Source: Zygnema circumcarinatum SAG 698-1b (taxonomy: Eukaryota; Plantae; Zygnematophyceae). Taken from it: a stretch of DNA of 64,000 nt. The position numbers and the translations under genes are program-made. Below are positions 24,275 through 38,307 of this stretch, piece by piece. The stretch lies in NCBI GenBank assembly GCA_037447605.1, contig CM074813.1, forward strand, positions 3,100,001 through 3,164,000. Reading direction: 5' to 3'. Positions within the stretch are counted from its first letter, which is position 1. Every line of letters starts with the position of its first letter. The notes under the pieces are model-generated. The model was given only the letters and a program-made list of their open reading frames with translations, was not told the origin of the DNA and searched no databases.

Positions 24275-24894
24275 GCGCGCGCTCAACCCTAACCCTAACC
24301 CTCAGGCACCTGCAGCAGCCTGCAGCCTCGGGCCTGATGCCGCGGGGCTGAAGCCTCCCTCCAATTTGGAGCCTCCAGGCCACCCCCNNNNNNNNNNGCC
24401 CCCCCCCCCCCCCCCCCCCCCCCGCTTGCGAGTGAATGCCGCGTCCTCACGCCTGCACGCTGCCAGAGAGAATGCAGCCCAAGGACTCACGCTCTCCGTT
24501 TTCCGCACTGATGAGAGGAGAGGAGAGCGGGGGAGGAAGGCTCTCTGATCGACCGTTCTTTTTATGTATTTTTATTTTTCTTCTTAAACAAAATATACAA
24601 AAAAGGGAGAGAGCAAAGCTGATGGCACGACCTGCGGAGTCTGTATGGATGGATGGTATGCACTCATGCATGCATGTACGGCCCGGACCCATCTCCGCAT
24701 CATGCTCTCCGTACAGCCGTACCGCGTCCGCAGGCAGGCTCCATGCGGTTCCCGCGCGTTTCACCCTCCGCGTGGCGGACCAGTGGGCGATGCGCGTACC
24801 ATCCGTACATGTTTTTCGGTCCGCGCGTGTCACGTCACGTGACGCCCTCGTCGAAGGAGACAGGAATTTGCATCGTCTCACGATGCCATCAGAA

Positions 24895-25088
24895 GTGCAT
24901 GGGTCCATGGGTGCATGGGGTGCATGGGTGCATGGGTCCATGGGTCCATGGGGTGCATGGGTGCATCGGTCCATGAGTCCATGGGTGCATGGGTGCATGG
25001 GTCCATGGGTCCATGGGGTGCATGGGTGCATGGGTCCATGGGTCCATGGGGTGCATGGGTCCATGAGTCCATGGGTGCATGGGTGCAT
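24895..25088. repeat. Compound CATG-core minisatellite (units GGGTGCAT/GGGTCCAT variants) in the trihelix upstream region
   Basis: Direct reading: repeated gtgcatgg/gtccatgg units, with occasional gag/cgg variants. Confidence 0.9.
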
Positions 25089-25565
25089 ACGGCCCGAAAA
25101 CTTCTCCAAGTGCCCCCCATTGGTTTGCTGCCGCTCCGTAACGCGGCTGAAGGGCTGTCTTTTGTTCCGGCCTTCCAGTGCTGCGCGGATGATCGCGCTC
25201 CTTTTGGCCGTCCCCTGCGAGCGAGCGATGGCACGGCCGCACTCGGCAGCAGACGGCGAGTGGGACGGTCCACTCTCACGTGTTGGATTTCAACTTAACA
25301 AAAATTTGGCTGTTGAACTAATTTGCAACTTCGCAGAACAAGGCCCGCCTATCTCCACGTGGACACAGCGCCCGAACTTCCACAGGAGTCCCTCCTCACA
25401 TATTGGACAAGGGGCCTCTACGAGCACTTGACCTGTTGTAACCTTAAAGCCTAAGTAATGAATCCTCACATACATGTCAAAACAATTCTTTACAAAAAAA
25501 AAAAAATATGTGGTGACGTACACGACGGTGTAAGCCAACTCTAGTCACATCATGGTCAACCTTGG

Positions 25566-27994
25566 TCAAAGATCTCCGCTGTCGATTTTTTCAAGAATGT
25601 CAGTGCGGGTTTTGCGCTTCCAATTGTTTGTGGCGGAGACGAGGTTAATGAGAGCCACGATTTGAGCGCGGGTGTACTCCTGTTCCACAATCATGATGAA
25701 CATGCCGCAATCAGAATCGCAATCCCCTCCCTCCCCCCCACCCTCTCCTCCCGCTCTCGCTCCCTCCCTCTCTCCCTCTCCCTCTCCTTCCTCGTGAGTT
25801 GACCAGCGAGGACCATAGACCATCCGATTCCCCAAATTTTATGGTATGATTCTAGAACTTTGGCGTCTTCAGAAAGTTCGGGCCTTTTCGGGTTTTTTCT
25901 TTTTTTTAAGCGGAAATGGTTGACAAGTCTTTTAACAAGTAAACAATTTTAGGGTTCAGGCTTTGCAGGCATCCAAAGTGGGGGGTCGTACCGAATGCGT
26001 CCTCGCCCAGTGGAGGTACTCCGTCTCGGGGAGGTAAAACGCCTGCAGCGGAAGGAGGCCCAAGTGCCGGCGGGGAAATTAGAATAAGAGCTGTTTTTTC
26101 TCGGAGATAGAAAGCACACGAGTACAGAGAAAGAAAGCAATCATTTTGAACGGTGGGGGACAGTGACTCGGAAACAAACGAATCAAACTGAATCATCAGG
26201 TGTGCCACATCAGAGTTAGGGAACTTAAAACGCTGAGAAACCAAGAAACTTCAAATTAAAAAAAACCCTAACTACCAAGTGTAAGGAGTGGTCAGGCCCT
26301 CCTGCATCCAAAATGGAACTAATAAAAAGCAGGAATCGACGGAGGGTTTGGAGGCAGAGATACAACGAGTGACATCCAAGGCTCTATGCATTTGCGGTAT
26401 GCCCACCTTAATGTAATGCTCCACGAGCTCCATGTTCGGAGTCAGTTTTGAAACCGCTTGGAGGCCATTCATGAGGACCTGCAGTCGACGCAAAAAGCAT
26501 CACACACCAAACAGCTGAAAGCAATGTCCCAAAGACAAGGACAACGACGTTTGGATGCCGAGGACCTTTCAGACCTTCGCAGATGGAAGTGTGCGAATTA
26601 AGCATGCAGGCTTACATTAGTGGACACAAAGCAAAATCTATCCCAGGCCTAGTCTGCATTGGGTGGGTGCCTGCCTGCAGGTCGAGCGACATGAGGGCCC
26701 GCCCCTCGTTGGTGCATCGCTTCACTCGCGAGTAGCCCTCCACGAGTGCCTCCGCAATGGCATCGCTGCCGTACTGCAGAAGCTGCTCCTGCACCTGCAC
26801 TTGTGGTAGTGATGATGGTTTGCATGAATGAGTGGATGGCATTCCAAACGTGATCGACATGTGAACATGAGGTCGGAATCTTGATCCGAACACCGTATAC
26901 ATGTGAACTAGTGTACCTATGTCGAACTTTGAGTTCAAACCCGAAATAAAGGGCAAGCATGAAGAGAATGAAAAACGCGAGATAATGCATGCGAAGATTT
27001 GTGCGATGCAAACTCCCCCTCCAAAACCCTGAAATGCCCGTCCAAGCCGGCCTCTGCTATCCATGGACAAGTGCGCATGCACGCGGTCGTTGCGATCACC
27101 TGTTTGGCCACTCCCGCGTGCGCCACGCGGTGCGCAAACATGCGGTACTCGCCCACAAGCTGGTCCACGTACCTGCACGCACATGCATGCAATGCACACT
27201 GCTTTGCATACGTTCTTTCGTGCAAGAAGGCAATCTTTTTGACGCCAGTCACTCACATAGTATCTGATTTCTGAATCGGATAGTGGCATCATGGCAGAAC
27301 GTTACGAAGACTGAGGTGGAATGAGGAGCCTGCAGGGAGAAAGGATGAACAACCTATACAAGCATATCCACAACATGCACCAACCCTGACGAACAGAAGC
27401 GACAAACAGGACAGATCCTCACTGGTTGTGGTCGAGCCCCACTTCTCTCGTCTCCCATCTCACGTTCGCGATGCGATCCGCATAGCTGCAGTTTCGACAG
27501 GGAAAAGCCCGCTTTAGCGTTCTTCCGTATAGTGGGACTTGCTTCAGAGAGAGTCAGTCATATGACGAGGGGGAGAAAGGCAGGACCCGGCCGTCCTATG
27601 CTTCTAGAAATCTACAATCCTGAAGCTTGAATCTCTGTACAGCCTAGGAACAGTCGTTAGTTTGGCGAAGGACTGCTTCTGACCCGCCCACGTTCATGAG
27701 GAGGCGCGCGAGGGCCTTGTGCACGTGCTCGCGGAGGTCCGGCACTGCGTCGACCTGCACCCACCTCGCGACTGCCTTCAAGCAGCTGAACTGACAGTTT
27801 CCAGGAGGGGTAAACATGGCATAACATGACATACCGATTCCCATGTTTCCGGACTCTCAGAGTTTCAGCATATGTGAGGATTTGAGGGTTCCTGAAGGTT
27901 TATTTATCACCTCCACCTTCCTCCCAATGACTTTTCGTAAGCACATACATGGCAACCGGATTGTTCCTTTCAAACGTGTTTTTGGCCGGATAGC

Positions 27995-28033
<39 letters not shown>

Positions 28034-31000
28034 CATCACAAGAACAACTGTCTCTCTCCCTTCCAACGCACCGTCCGTGCATAGAAATGTTCCATGGCTG
28101 GAAGAGCAGACTGGGGCAGGAGAGCTTGAAAGCGAGGGCGGCATCTCCGCATGAACTCCGCCAACCACAAAATCGACTCAGTCGCCACACAACGCTCCTG
28201 CAGAATCACAGCCTTCAGAAACTCAGAAGCAATTTCCTGCTGCATCAAATTTTAACTTTTCACGCAATGCCATATTTTTTAAAATGCTGGGAAACTACAG
28301 CGGATATTCTCTTGACTTTGAAGAAATCCTCTTTCAGAGTCAACTTCTGTCGCTCTCTGCCTAACTGAATTGAGGCTTTGTGCTTTTTCGGAATGGGTGG
28401 GATTTGTTGTGGCCATACTCGCAGACCGTACAGGTTGCCGGGTGACACTATCGCTGCGGGGTGCGCGTTGAGGGGCGTTACGTTGTCGCCGGAAGGAGGG
28501 GGGCCGCTCCGCGCACGGTACTCGTCCAGGCCTTGGGATATGCGCACCAACGTGGCTCGAAGGCGCGGGGTCAGCACTGAATGGCAGAGGAGAATACACA
28601 AATCCATGTCAGCATCGACTCCAAATCATAGGGTTGAGGGGCTGGCTGGAAACATGTGTCAGCATGCCTTGGCACAACCTATGTTTTATCAAATGTTAGA
28701 CGTCAGTTGGCTGGAAATAAACCCATCAGGTAAATATATCAGGAACAAGCGTTTTAAGTGGACCCCGAAACTGTGAAGTTTCAGCCCGGCACCTACGAGC
28801 AGTAGTGGGAGTTTCATTTTGAATGCGAGTTAAAGTGAAGGCTTCGCGTTGCCCAAACGTCCGGAAAATGGCGAGGAGGTAGAGGTCAAAAAGCTGGCAG
28901 AGCCCCTGCTCGCACCGACCCGCAAATAGAAGTTAGGAGAACAAGACAAAAAAATGCATCCAAAAAGTACCTGACAATGATTTGAAGAGCCAACACGTTG
29001 AGCGATATGCAAGGGTGGTTTATGTTTGTTGAAAGGTTATTGATAAAACTTGTCCTCCTCAAAAAAAGGGAGAGCGAGTGAAAGAAGGGAGGGAGAACAG
29101 AGAGGATGCAAGATAGGGGGCGAGAAGAGGGATGCGGGGCACAAAAAGAAGGAAGAAGAGTGTGCGAGAGAAAGAAAAATTGTAAGCGAGCAGGAAGTGC
29201 AAGGGGTTCATCAAAAAATTGACCGAATGGGACACAAAAGGGAAAGAACTGTGTCAACATTTTTTTTCCATGATTTCAAGCACGATGTCTCTCGCTCTCT
29301 CACCTTGAAGACTTCCGCTGAGATGGGCTGCAGAATCTGCATGAGGCGGGCATACCGGTCCATAAACCTGGACAAAAATCCAAACCAAATCTCTGAGACC
29401 CCAAGTCTCGGCCGCGCATTTCAGCAGCCCTCAAACAAATGCACTTCACAACATGCATCTGTACATAGATCTCATAAAAACTAACGATTATGAATCACTG
29501 AAGTCCTGCGATCCCTCTCTCTTTGTGCCCACCTGAGCACGCTGACTGACGAGCCGGTGATGACCACCTTTCCGTCCCCTCCACCCCCTCCCGCAGTAGG
29601 GCCACTCCCTCCCGCGGAGGGCCATTTGGAGTAGCGCTGAGCACTTGATCTCCCGCTCGGCTTTTGACTCTCCTCATCGATGAAATCCGCCATCAGCTCC
29701 TCTCTCTCATCCTCCTCCTCCTCCTCGTCTTCCTCCTCCACTACCCCCCCTCCCAGCCCTCCCTTCCAACTTCTCTCACTCGCTATTCGCCGAATGGAGG
29801 AGTCACGTGGCGCAGACCAATCGCTCGGTCTCAAGCTCGACACGCTCCGCCGACTCACCCCATTGGCGACCAAAGCTTTCGAATTTCCTGCATTTTCTAG
29901 AAGCTTCTCGGAATTCGCCCTCTTCACGGCCCTTCCTCCGCTTCTCGCTTCCTCCTCTCCATCGCCTTCAGGTCCCACATCTGCTCCGCCTGCTGCGTCT
30001 CGTTCATCTCTGTCCAGCCCTCCCCCTTTGTCTCTCTCTCTCTCTCTCACACTCTCTGCCTCCCCTCTACCATTTGTACCTTCTCTGTCATCTTTGAAAG
30101 GATTACCAGCAGCCATCCAATCTGCGAAGCTTGTCTTTACATCCCCATTCCCAAGACGCTCTCCCCCCATGCTGTCGGCTCCTCCTATGACAGCAGATCC
30201 CATCAGCGGACTCCGCATAGAGGCACTCCCCGCATCGTTATTGAGCCCTAAGGGCGATGTAGCAAGAACGGCCGCTCCATCTCCAGTCAGCCCTGCGAGA
30301 TTCACATTTTGGAGAGCCGAGGGTGGGAGAGGCTGCCAGTTCTCTCGCTCTTGCATCATCCGGAGCACCTGCGACATCACTTTTGCATGCATCATTACAG
30401 GATGTTCACATAAGGTAGGCAAGCATACAGGGTGAGTCGGAGATGCGGGAAGGGCACGAATGGCGCAAATGAGTTGCTACTGTGAAGCTTTTCTTGGTGC
30501 TCTCTACTCATAGTGGTAGAGAGAGAAAGGAGGATGCGAAGAGGGAGGAAGGGAGGTGGGAGTGCAATCAACTAGGCAGGCGAAACCCACCTCCAAGCTC
30601 TGCCGGTGAAACGTTTTGAAGTACTTTTCGCTCTGCCTTGTGACCTTCGCTCGCAGCCCTAACGCATCCGCTCCACTGAAGGCCTCCCCCGCAAGGATGA
30701 AACGATTGGTCCACTCCAAAGCCTGCTATCCCACCCTCTCTTCCACAGACCATCACTCTACTCCCACACATTGCTCCCATCGCACAACCACTTCATTCCA
30801 ACCATATGCTGCAGTTTGGTGCCCGATTCAAGGACGCATTCACTCATCTCTCTTAGCTCCGCTCCGCTCTGCAGTCTACCAACGGACTCAATACCACGGC
30901 CTTGTTATTATAAAGATGGGTTTAGAATGCTTGCACGCGCTGCGGCTGAAGGCCTTCAGGATCCATTGAGGTTGTCCAGATTTACAGAGTTTCAACGAGG

Positions 31001-34000
31001 GTTCAGAAGTAAGGGAATCCCTTACCTGTAAAAATTGATGAGCTGTGGCAGAAACCATAGCATCCGCTGATAGTAAGGCTGAAACCCTCCGAGCTGCAAG
31101 TTCCCAAGCTGTCTTTCTCCCTCTTTCTAGCGACTTCCGTACAGCTGCTGTCGTCTCTACTCTCATCCTATTAGCCAGAGTGTCTGCAGCCATCGGCCCC
31201 TCCATGAAAGATTCTTCTCCCTCTGTGGGTTTCCCCACCATATCCTCTTCTCTTCCGACACCTTCCTCTACTGAATCCGAAACTGACACAGAAACAGCGT
31301 CTCCGTCGGCAGGTAAAGCAGACTCTCCCGCTGCTCTCTCTATGCTCGCAGTTCCAAACGCGTCTGCCTCTCTTCTGGTTGAAGAGGGCCCTATGGGTTC
31401 GGCCACTCGGCCCAGTTGCACCTCCCCCAAAACCGCGCGCTGGGGGGTTGAATTTGTGCTAACTTCGCGAAAATCGCCTCCCGGAACTTCGTTTTCGCTA
31501 TTATTCATCACAACTTTGGTAGGGGTTCCAAATGGGGTAGATGCATTGCTTTGTGAAGGAGACGACAGGTGATTTGGGCGGAAAGGTATCCCCTTGGAAC
31601 CTTCTGAAACAGCAGGACCCGAAGTAGAAGGAGGCTTTCTTGGAGACATAAAAGGAGAGGTGGTACTTGAGCTTAATACAGTTGTTTTCCCAGATGATAT
31701 TAAGTTAGGGGAGTCAGGTGAAGGCAAGAATGCTGCACTGCCTAAACGCTTATGTGAGGGCCCACTTGTCTTTGGGGGCAAAGTTGCAACCTGCCAGACA
31801 AGGAGAGGGAGAAATGTGGCCATGCTCTGTAAGGGAGAAGACAATCCCGGTAGCTCGTGAGCCTTCAAAACAGCCAAAACTTCAAGCCTTGCTGTCTTTG
31901 CAAATATTGCAGTCAGCCGATAAAATCAGTTCATAAGGAAACATGGAAACTATCGCCTATGCTTGATGGGGCGACCATACCTTGGGATGCTGCCAGCACA
32001 TCATCGTGTGGTAGGAGCACAGTAAGTCAAAGAGAACGGCCAACGTCTTGCGTAAGCATTCGCGGAAAACGGAATCTGATAGATGTGTGCAGAGCTCATT
32101 ATACGGTAATCTGTTGCCCTCCCACATGTGTTCTACTGAGAATCAACATTCAAATAGCAACAATTGTCAAACATGATCACAGAACTCAAGAAAACGAAAA
32201 CAAAACAATCGACATTGCCTCCATTCTCAGTCTTTACCAAAGAAGTCAAATGACACCCCTAAACATCCTCTCCTTCTCCTTCTGCTTCTCATTCTCCCTC
32301 GTTCTTTCCAGACTTGAACCTCTGTATACGCCAAAAATGAACGATGTGAACCCCCAAAGCTTAAGCAGGCCAAGAAATCCCAATGATACCAAAAACCACG
32401 AGTGGCAGAGAGCTTGCCTGCTTTTCTTGAGGACGAGTTGTGGGTCCCGCCCTTCAGAGGCCTGCTTCAAAAAGGAGTATTATTCGCTTGAAGGGGACAT
32501 ATGCATAGTAACACCTCATGATTGTAAGAGTTAAGCATTAAGTGTGCTGATTGTACATCTCTCACAAAATAGAGAGTACGAGCACCATCCCCTCTTATGG
32601 CTAATTCATGGTCATTTCAACAAATTCAACAGCCTCCACATTTCCAAGTTTCTACATTGTTCAGGGCTTCTAGGATTCTAGGGTTTCTAGGAACAGTAGG
32701 CTTTCCAGGCTCCATGCTGGGGGGTGTAGACTTTCCAAATCTCTAAAGAGATGCTCAAGGTATGTCAGAAGTTAGAATCGGCGTCCAAAGCATCTCACCA
32801 TGAAGTAGTACGTTCGCAGGACTTCATACGTCTCCGAGACCACTGCCTGAGCGAAGTACGTCTGCACTTTCTCCGAAAGACTGGCCGCATAGTCCATCAC
32901 GGCGTATGCATCGATCACCTGCGCAGCGCCAAAAAAACATCTCATCTCAATCAGCTCGTCTCCATCTTCCACTCTCTATCTCGCTCCCCGCCTCTTTTTT
33001 CAACTCTAGCCTCCTTTCACCCTATGTGACTCTCTCTTACTCTATGCAACTAACTCTCCCACTCTTTCCCCTATCCCTGCAACTGCCTCCTTGTCGCATT
33101 CTCCTTCTGCCTCCCTCTCTGCTTCAACCTGGATCCCTGTTTCTCCTTCTCCCTTTCCTCTCCCCAGAAAGTGTCTATTCCCGTTCCTGTAAAGAATTAA
33201 AGGGAGAGTTTTACGTACCGAGGCGTACGTCTCAGAGTTGAAGTGGCGGCAAGTCTCGAGCAACAGACCATCGACTCGCTCAATCGTCCGTGTTAGCCAT
33301 TCCTGCGAAAAGGGAAAAAGCAAAAATGAAAAGGTTAAGGCATTAGTTCAAAAGGCCAAGTTCCGCTCATAGTACTTCTCCACGTTTGCTACTTCCATGA
33401 AGAGCCGACGAATGAACAGACCGCACCTCTATGCTCTTATTCATGTCTTGAATGGCGCGCAGCTGCGAGCACTCCTCTATCATCATCAGGCACTCCGAAC
33501 ACATCCTCAGCGCCTGCACAACCCTCCACAAAGTTGAACTCTGCTCAGAGTTCACCCGCAAGGTGGATACAACAGGTGGACGGACCTTAATCAATTTTGA
33601 ATGAAAATGAAATGAGTGAGTGAGAAAGAGGCTCACTTTGGCGTAGTTGCCCTCCTCCACAGTGGCCTCCAGGCGGCCCTTCGTCTCCACAATGTCTTGC
33701 ATGCGCAGAAGCACAGGGAGCATGTCCTGCCAATTCGCCGCACTTTCATATGTTTCTGAGATCGAATTTGACCACCTCACTTAGAAGCTGCTTGCCTTCC
33801 TCTCCTCTCCATGGTCGCAGGTTCAAATGCTGCTATACCCATGGTCTCCCTCTCTCCTCCGTTCTGTCCTTCCTTTTTTCCTCCCTCGATTTCCACCCCC
33901 CGTCCCCCACTCCCCTGTCTCGCGATCTTCCCCAAAATTCTCCCTCGTTTCGGATTTCCTTGACGCAGAGTGAGCAAGGCTTACAGTGAGGACTTGCTTC

Positions 34001-36730
34001 TTGCAGACGCTCGATGTGACGACCAAGTCCTGCGATACTTCTCGCGAGGCTGCCGCCAGATTGCGCCTTGCATTCTGTGTGCACCCCACAACAACAACCC
34101 CGTCTCGTTAGATCGACAAAAGAACAGCATTTTCCTGATCAAACTTAACCTAGGGTGAAAAGGAGAACCACTGCTTAAATTGGACAATTTCACTTCCAAC
34201 TCAAGTACCTTTAAACTGGAATGTTTATGACGTGAAATGAATGCACTGTGAAAGTTCACAGGAAGCTTCATTAAAGAACGGGATACAAGCCCACGTGATT
34301 CTCGTAGTATCCAGAATCAGCCGTTGCTGCATTTTCCGGTCCGCTATGAGACTCTAAAAATTGCGCCGTTTTGAACACATCACATTCCAGCATTCGTCCA
34401 GTCCGTATATCGACTGATTGAAGGAGATTTTTTTTTGACGTGTTGGCGTGATACAGACTTCGAATTACAGGCGCGAGAAGCAAGCACCATTTAGGATCTT
34501 CGAGTTGAGCAGAGAGAAAGGAACGACGGACCAACCTTGCAAATTATGAGAACGAGTTGCAGGTCCCGCTCCAATTCAGTTACAAGCTGCATCCCGGCAA
34601 CTGAGAAATGCCAAACAATGCTCCACCACGGAGATCATCAAGGGTATATACATGTTGAGTTCAAGAATCCCTATGAAGGCCTGAGCAATAAAAATGCAGC
34701 TAAAAAAGAAACAAAGTGGGTACAAAATATCTGATGAGTAGTGCACGAAGGGGCTGCAGTGTACCCATATCCTCGTGGTGCTCCATGACCTGGCGCGAGA
34801 GCCGCGCAGTGACGTCATCCAGCTGCAGCAGCTTCTTACCGCTCTGCGCCCATGTCTCCGGCCGGGAGAGAGTGAGAGAGGAAAAGGGAGCGCGGTAGAA
34901 GAAACGCAGAAAGACTAATCATCATTCCCTTTGGGTGAAGGGGTTCAATCGGGCTTGAAGGTTTGAATATGGAGCTTCTTAGGAGTGTTTGGGCTGAAGG
35001 GTTTTACGGAGTTAAGAGCTGATCTATTGTATTTGACCGTGTCTATGATGATCGGCAATAGAGAACCGGTAGACTAAAATTCAACATCAATAAAGTATCT
35101 TAGAAAAAAAAAATTGAAGAGTGGTTCATTGGTTTTACCAAAAAAAAACATGCTTAATGATGGAGCTGACGAAACGTCTAACTTGAAGCACGCCTACGAA
35201 CATAAGGCTTGCATTGAATGCCTGGGTTCCATGAATATCGCAAGCTCCGTAATTTTCTAGTTTGGATTGGCTCTACGCATTAATGATTATTCCTAGAAAA
35301 AACAATGTCTGCCGGTTTTCACGCACACCTGACTATTGCCTGGCAAATTCTTGAAGCCTAAGAGCTTGAACATCTATTTGGATACTTCGTGTATTGTATC
35401 GCTCTCTTCTTGGCATTCCTGCCCCCAAAATGAAATTGTCAATGATCTCCGAGGACGAGCCCGAGGCCATTGTTGTGATGTAAACTCACCTCCACCCCAA
35501 AATATTGCAGATTCGCATTTGGTGGAAGGCTTTCTAGCATCGCACGAACAGGATCAAAACTCTGCAAGATAACCCCCAAAATGAACACATAAAAAAAAAA
35601 ATCAAATCGTACTACGACCTACTCATTTTTCTTGCGACAGCCCTTGAATGCCCAAAACAAGAAAAACGGACAGAAAACCCACAAAGCTAAGGCTAAACCA
35701 ACCCTACAACTGCCGCACACCTCCTCGTACGACCTCTCGTCTATCTCCTCCACCTCTTGTCCAGGCACCCGAGTTGCAACAAAAGCCGACATTCCACCAT
35801 AAAAACTGTTATTGTTCTTCTCTCCAATCTGATTAGATGGGAGAGCTATGCGCTCATGGGGTGGAAGCGAAGTAATTCTGCGGGCAAGACTGGCTGCCAC
35901 AGCAGCTCGCTCCGGAACCTGCGAATGGTTAAGAATGAAAAAGGTTTAAGTTTGAAACGTTCACTACATTCATAAGCAGCTTCATTGATAAGCAATTGAA
36001 GGCCGCAAATTCAAACGTGACGTGGAAGATATTCGTTAGTTGCTTTTGTTGTGGTATACGAACTGGTGGTTGGATTGGGCTTGTTGGAGGTGGTTTGGAA
36101 CGGCTCGTTTGGTAAGGGTTAATTGGAAGACATAACGGATTGAACAATGTAAGGGGACTCTTGGGACAAACTTGATGAGGGCCGTGAAGTAGGCTTTCAT
36201 CGGTGAGCACAAGTATTTGAATTCTTGAATTCTTGAAATGATAGCGTGTGAGGAACGCGAAGAGGGACAGAAGAGAGAGAAGAGCGAAAGGGGGGAGGGA
36301 CAATAATAGTGGCGACAAAGACGATGACAACCGACATCATGGTGACACGAGGATCATGTACGTATGAACGGAGGAAGACAGAGGAAATGGGTGGTTGGCG
36401 ACAGGGAAGAGTCCAAAAAGGAAATGAGGATGATTATGATAAGAATAATGCTTATTCCTCTCCCTTCCTTTGGCTCACAATCTTCACTGACTCTCTGTTC
36501 ACACTCTTTGTCGTCCTCCTCTCTGTCGGTCTCTCTTCTCACTCTCTCTTCCCTCTGTCTCTCCGCCATTCTATGTTCTCTCTCTTTGTCCCCCCGTCAC
36601 CCATTTTCAATCTCCCTGCTTGAACGTGCATGAAGGCTACCTTTGGCTGATTGGATACGGGCGAAGGGGAGCCACTTCCTCCCTGCATTTGCCACATCCA
36701 TCGCTCACCAAACTTTCGAATTTCCTCCAT
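25566..36730 (-). CDS. VPS50: Syndetin / VPS50 (EARP complex subunit), many exons; could start at 36757
   Basis: Exons give MEEIRKFGER...NQPK|VPERAAVAASLARRITSLPP, LSRQVMEHHEDM, RRNLAAASREVSQDLVV, DMLPVLL...LEATVEEGNYAK, EWLTRTIERVDGLL, VIDAYAVMD..SLSEKVQTYF, EALVEGYSRVKRCTNEGRALMSLDLQ, AFYLPETEYLHWARTH, EYTRAQIVALINLV...WKRKTRTDILEKID. These are collinear with plant VPS50 as recalled. Confidence 0.93.
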
Positions 36731-37329
36731 CTCTTGATTTCTCTCGGAAGAATTCATCTGTGTAGGAGCCTAGTCAGAGTTCTACAGACATATCTGACGA
36801 AGTACATTCGTCATGTTGCCCTCTCCTTTTTTTTTACTCTACCTCTCCCCTCCCTCTCGCTCTCAGTGATTTCCTCGCGTGTTAAACCGTCCTACTATCA
36901 TTCCTCCCTGGCTCCTCTCTCCCAAATTCCACCTCCGCCCACTCCTCAATCCCCTCTCTCTGCTCCGTTTCCCCTTTTTCATAATTAGGGCGCTTTGGCC
37001 GCAACCTAAATCGTATGTATCTGGTCTTCGAAGAAATAGAAAATGAGAACCCGGGAGTACAAAACCAGATCAGGAAAAAACGAATCGGATGAATACTTCC
37101 TGCATGCTTTCAGAAATGTACACCTCCAAATATTGCTATTCCACCACCCTTCTTTTCTCCAGAGATAAGATGCGACTCCACATTTCAGTTTTCCGTGATT
37201 CCCGAATCAGGTACCGAGAAAGTTGTTCCCATGACCAGCTACGAATAATGCTGCGGGAGTGCAATGGTTGCAAGATGGATCTGCAGATCCTGCCCTCCAA
37301 GGAAGGATCAAGCAAAAAGTGGCCACCGG

Positions 37330-38300
37330 AAGGGCCTGCTTGCAGCGCCTTCCTTCACTCAGGAAACGGCCGTACCAGTACGAAGCGAAATCGTACGAAT
37401 CGTACCATTCGTACGGTACCACAACGGTTCCTTTTTGAAACGGTCCAACCGTACGAATAAAATTTACATTGCCGTACGACCAACGGCGTCTATGTACAAT
37501 GCTTATGTTCACCTATAACGGAACTGTAGAGGGAAACCACGGTGTCGTACAGTAACTGCTACTGCACCGTACTGAACCGAATCGGTCGCGGAGATGGCGA
37601 CACGGTTACAAAGAGTACGATACCGATTGAATATCGTATCGTTCGTATCGACAACGGTAGTCTGCACACGGCCCACCCACCCCCCCCCCTCCCAACCGGC
37701 CGCCCGCCGACGCACTTGCGGAGGAACGGGCGCCCCGTTTGAAAGGGCCATCCGCCGCCGCGCGGGACTGGCTGCGCGAGACCGCCAGAGTCGGTTCACG
37801 CTTGCGGAAGCCGTATCCCGCCCTGCGGCCTCCTCCCGTGTCCCCGCGGCACATCCGCCAGAGCAGCACCGAGTCTCCGTTGGCGCGCGGCGTCGAGCGC
37901 GCCTGCGCAGAAGCCTCTGAGGGCGCCGACTGCCAGAGCGCGCTGTGGAACGTGGCGCGCTCCCATTGGCCTTAAAGCTGACGTGGCAGTGCAGGTGGCC
38001 CGGAAGCTCGAGGAGCGCGTCTGCACGCATGCCACGTGTCACTTCTGCCGCCTGCTGGCGCGCTCTCCCCGGCCGCTTCGCCGTACCCCCCTCGCCCTCC
38101 CTCCTCCCTCCCTCCTTCCCTCCCTTCCCCCTCCCTCCCTCCCTCCCTCCCCGGCTGAGCGGCTCGCCCCGAGCGGCCTCCCCCGCCTTCGCGCTGGCTT
38201 CCTTCTCCCTCCTCTCCCGGCCTGCCACGTGGCAGAAACCTGACAGCAGCCAGCACCCGAGACGCTTGAGCCCTAAGCCCTCTCCTCGCGGCGCCCCCTA
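37330..38300. promoter_or_regulatory. Divergent promoter island with a dense GTAC cluster
   Basis: 12 GTAC in 37372-37618; ATTGG at 37965; GCCACGTG at 38031 and 38224. Confidence 0.6.
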
Positions 38301-38307
38301 CATCTCA

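Noticed and set aside
24436-25431. 331-aa ORF with MGPWVHG repeats
   Set aside because: It is a translation of the CATG minisatellite. Overlapping frames on both strands are open for the same reason, and it lies in the trihelix upstream region.
27857-28168. Poly-His ORF suggesting a metal-binding peptide
   Set aside because: It derives from an (ATG/CAT)n microsatellite inside a VPS50 intron.
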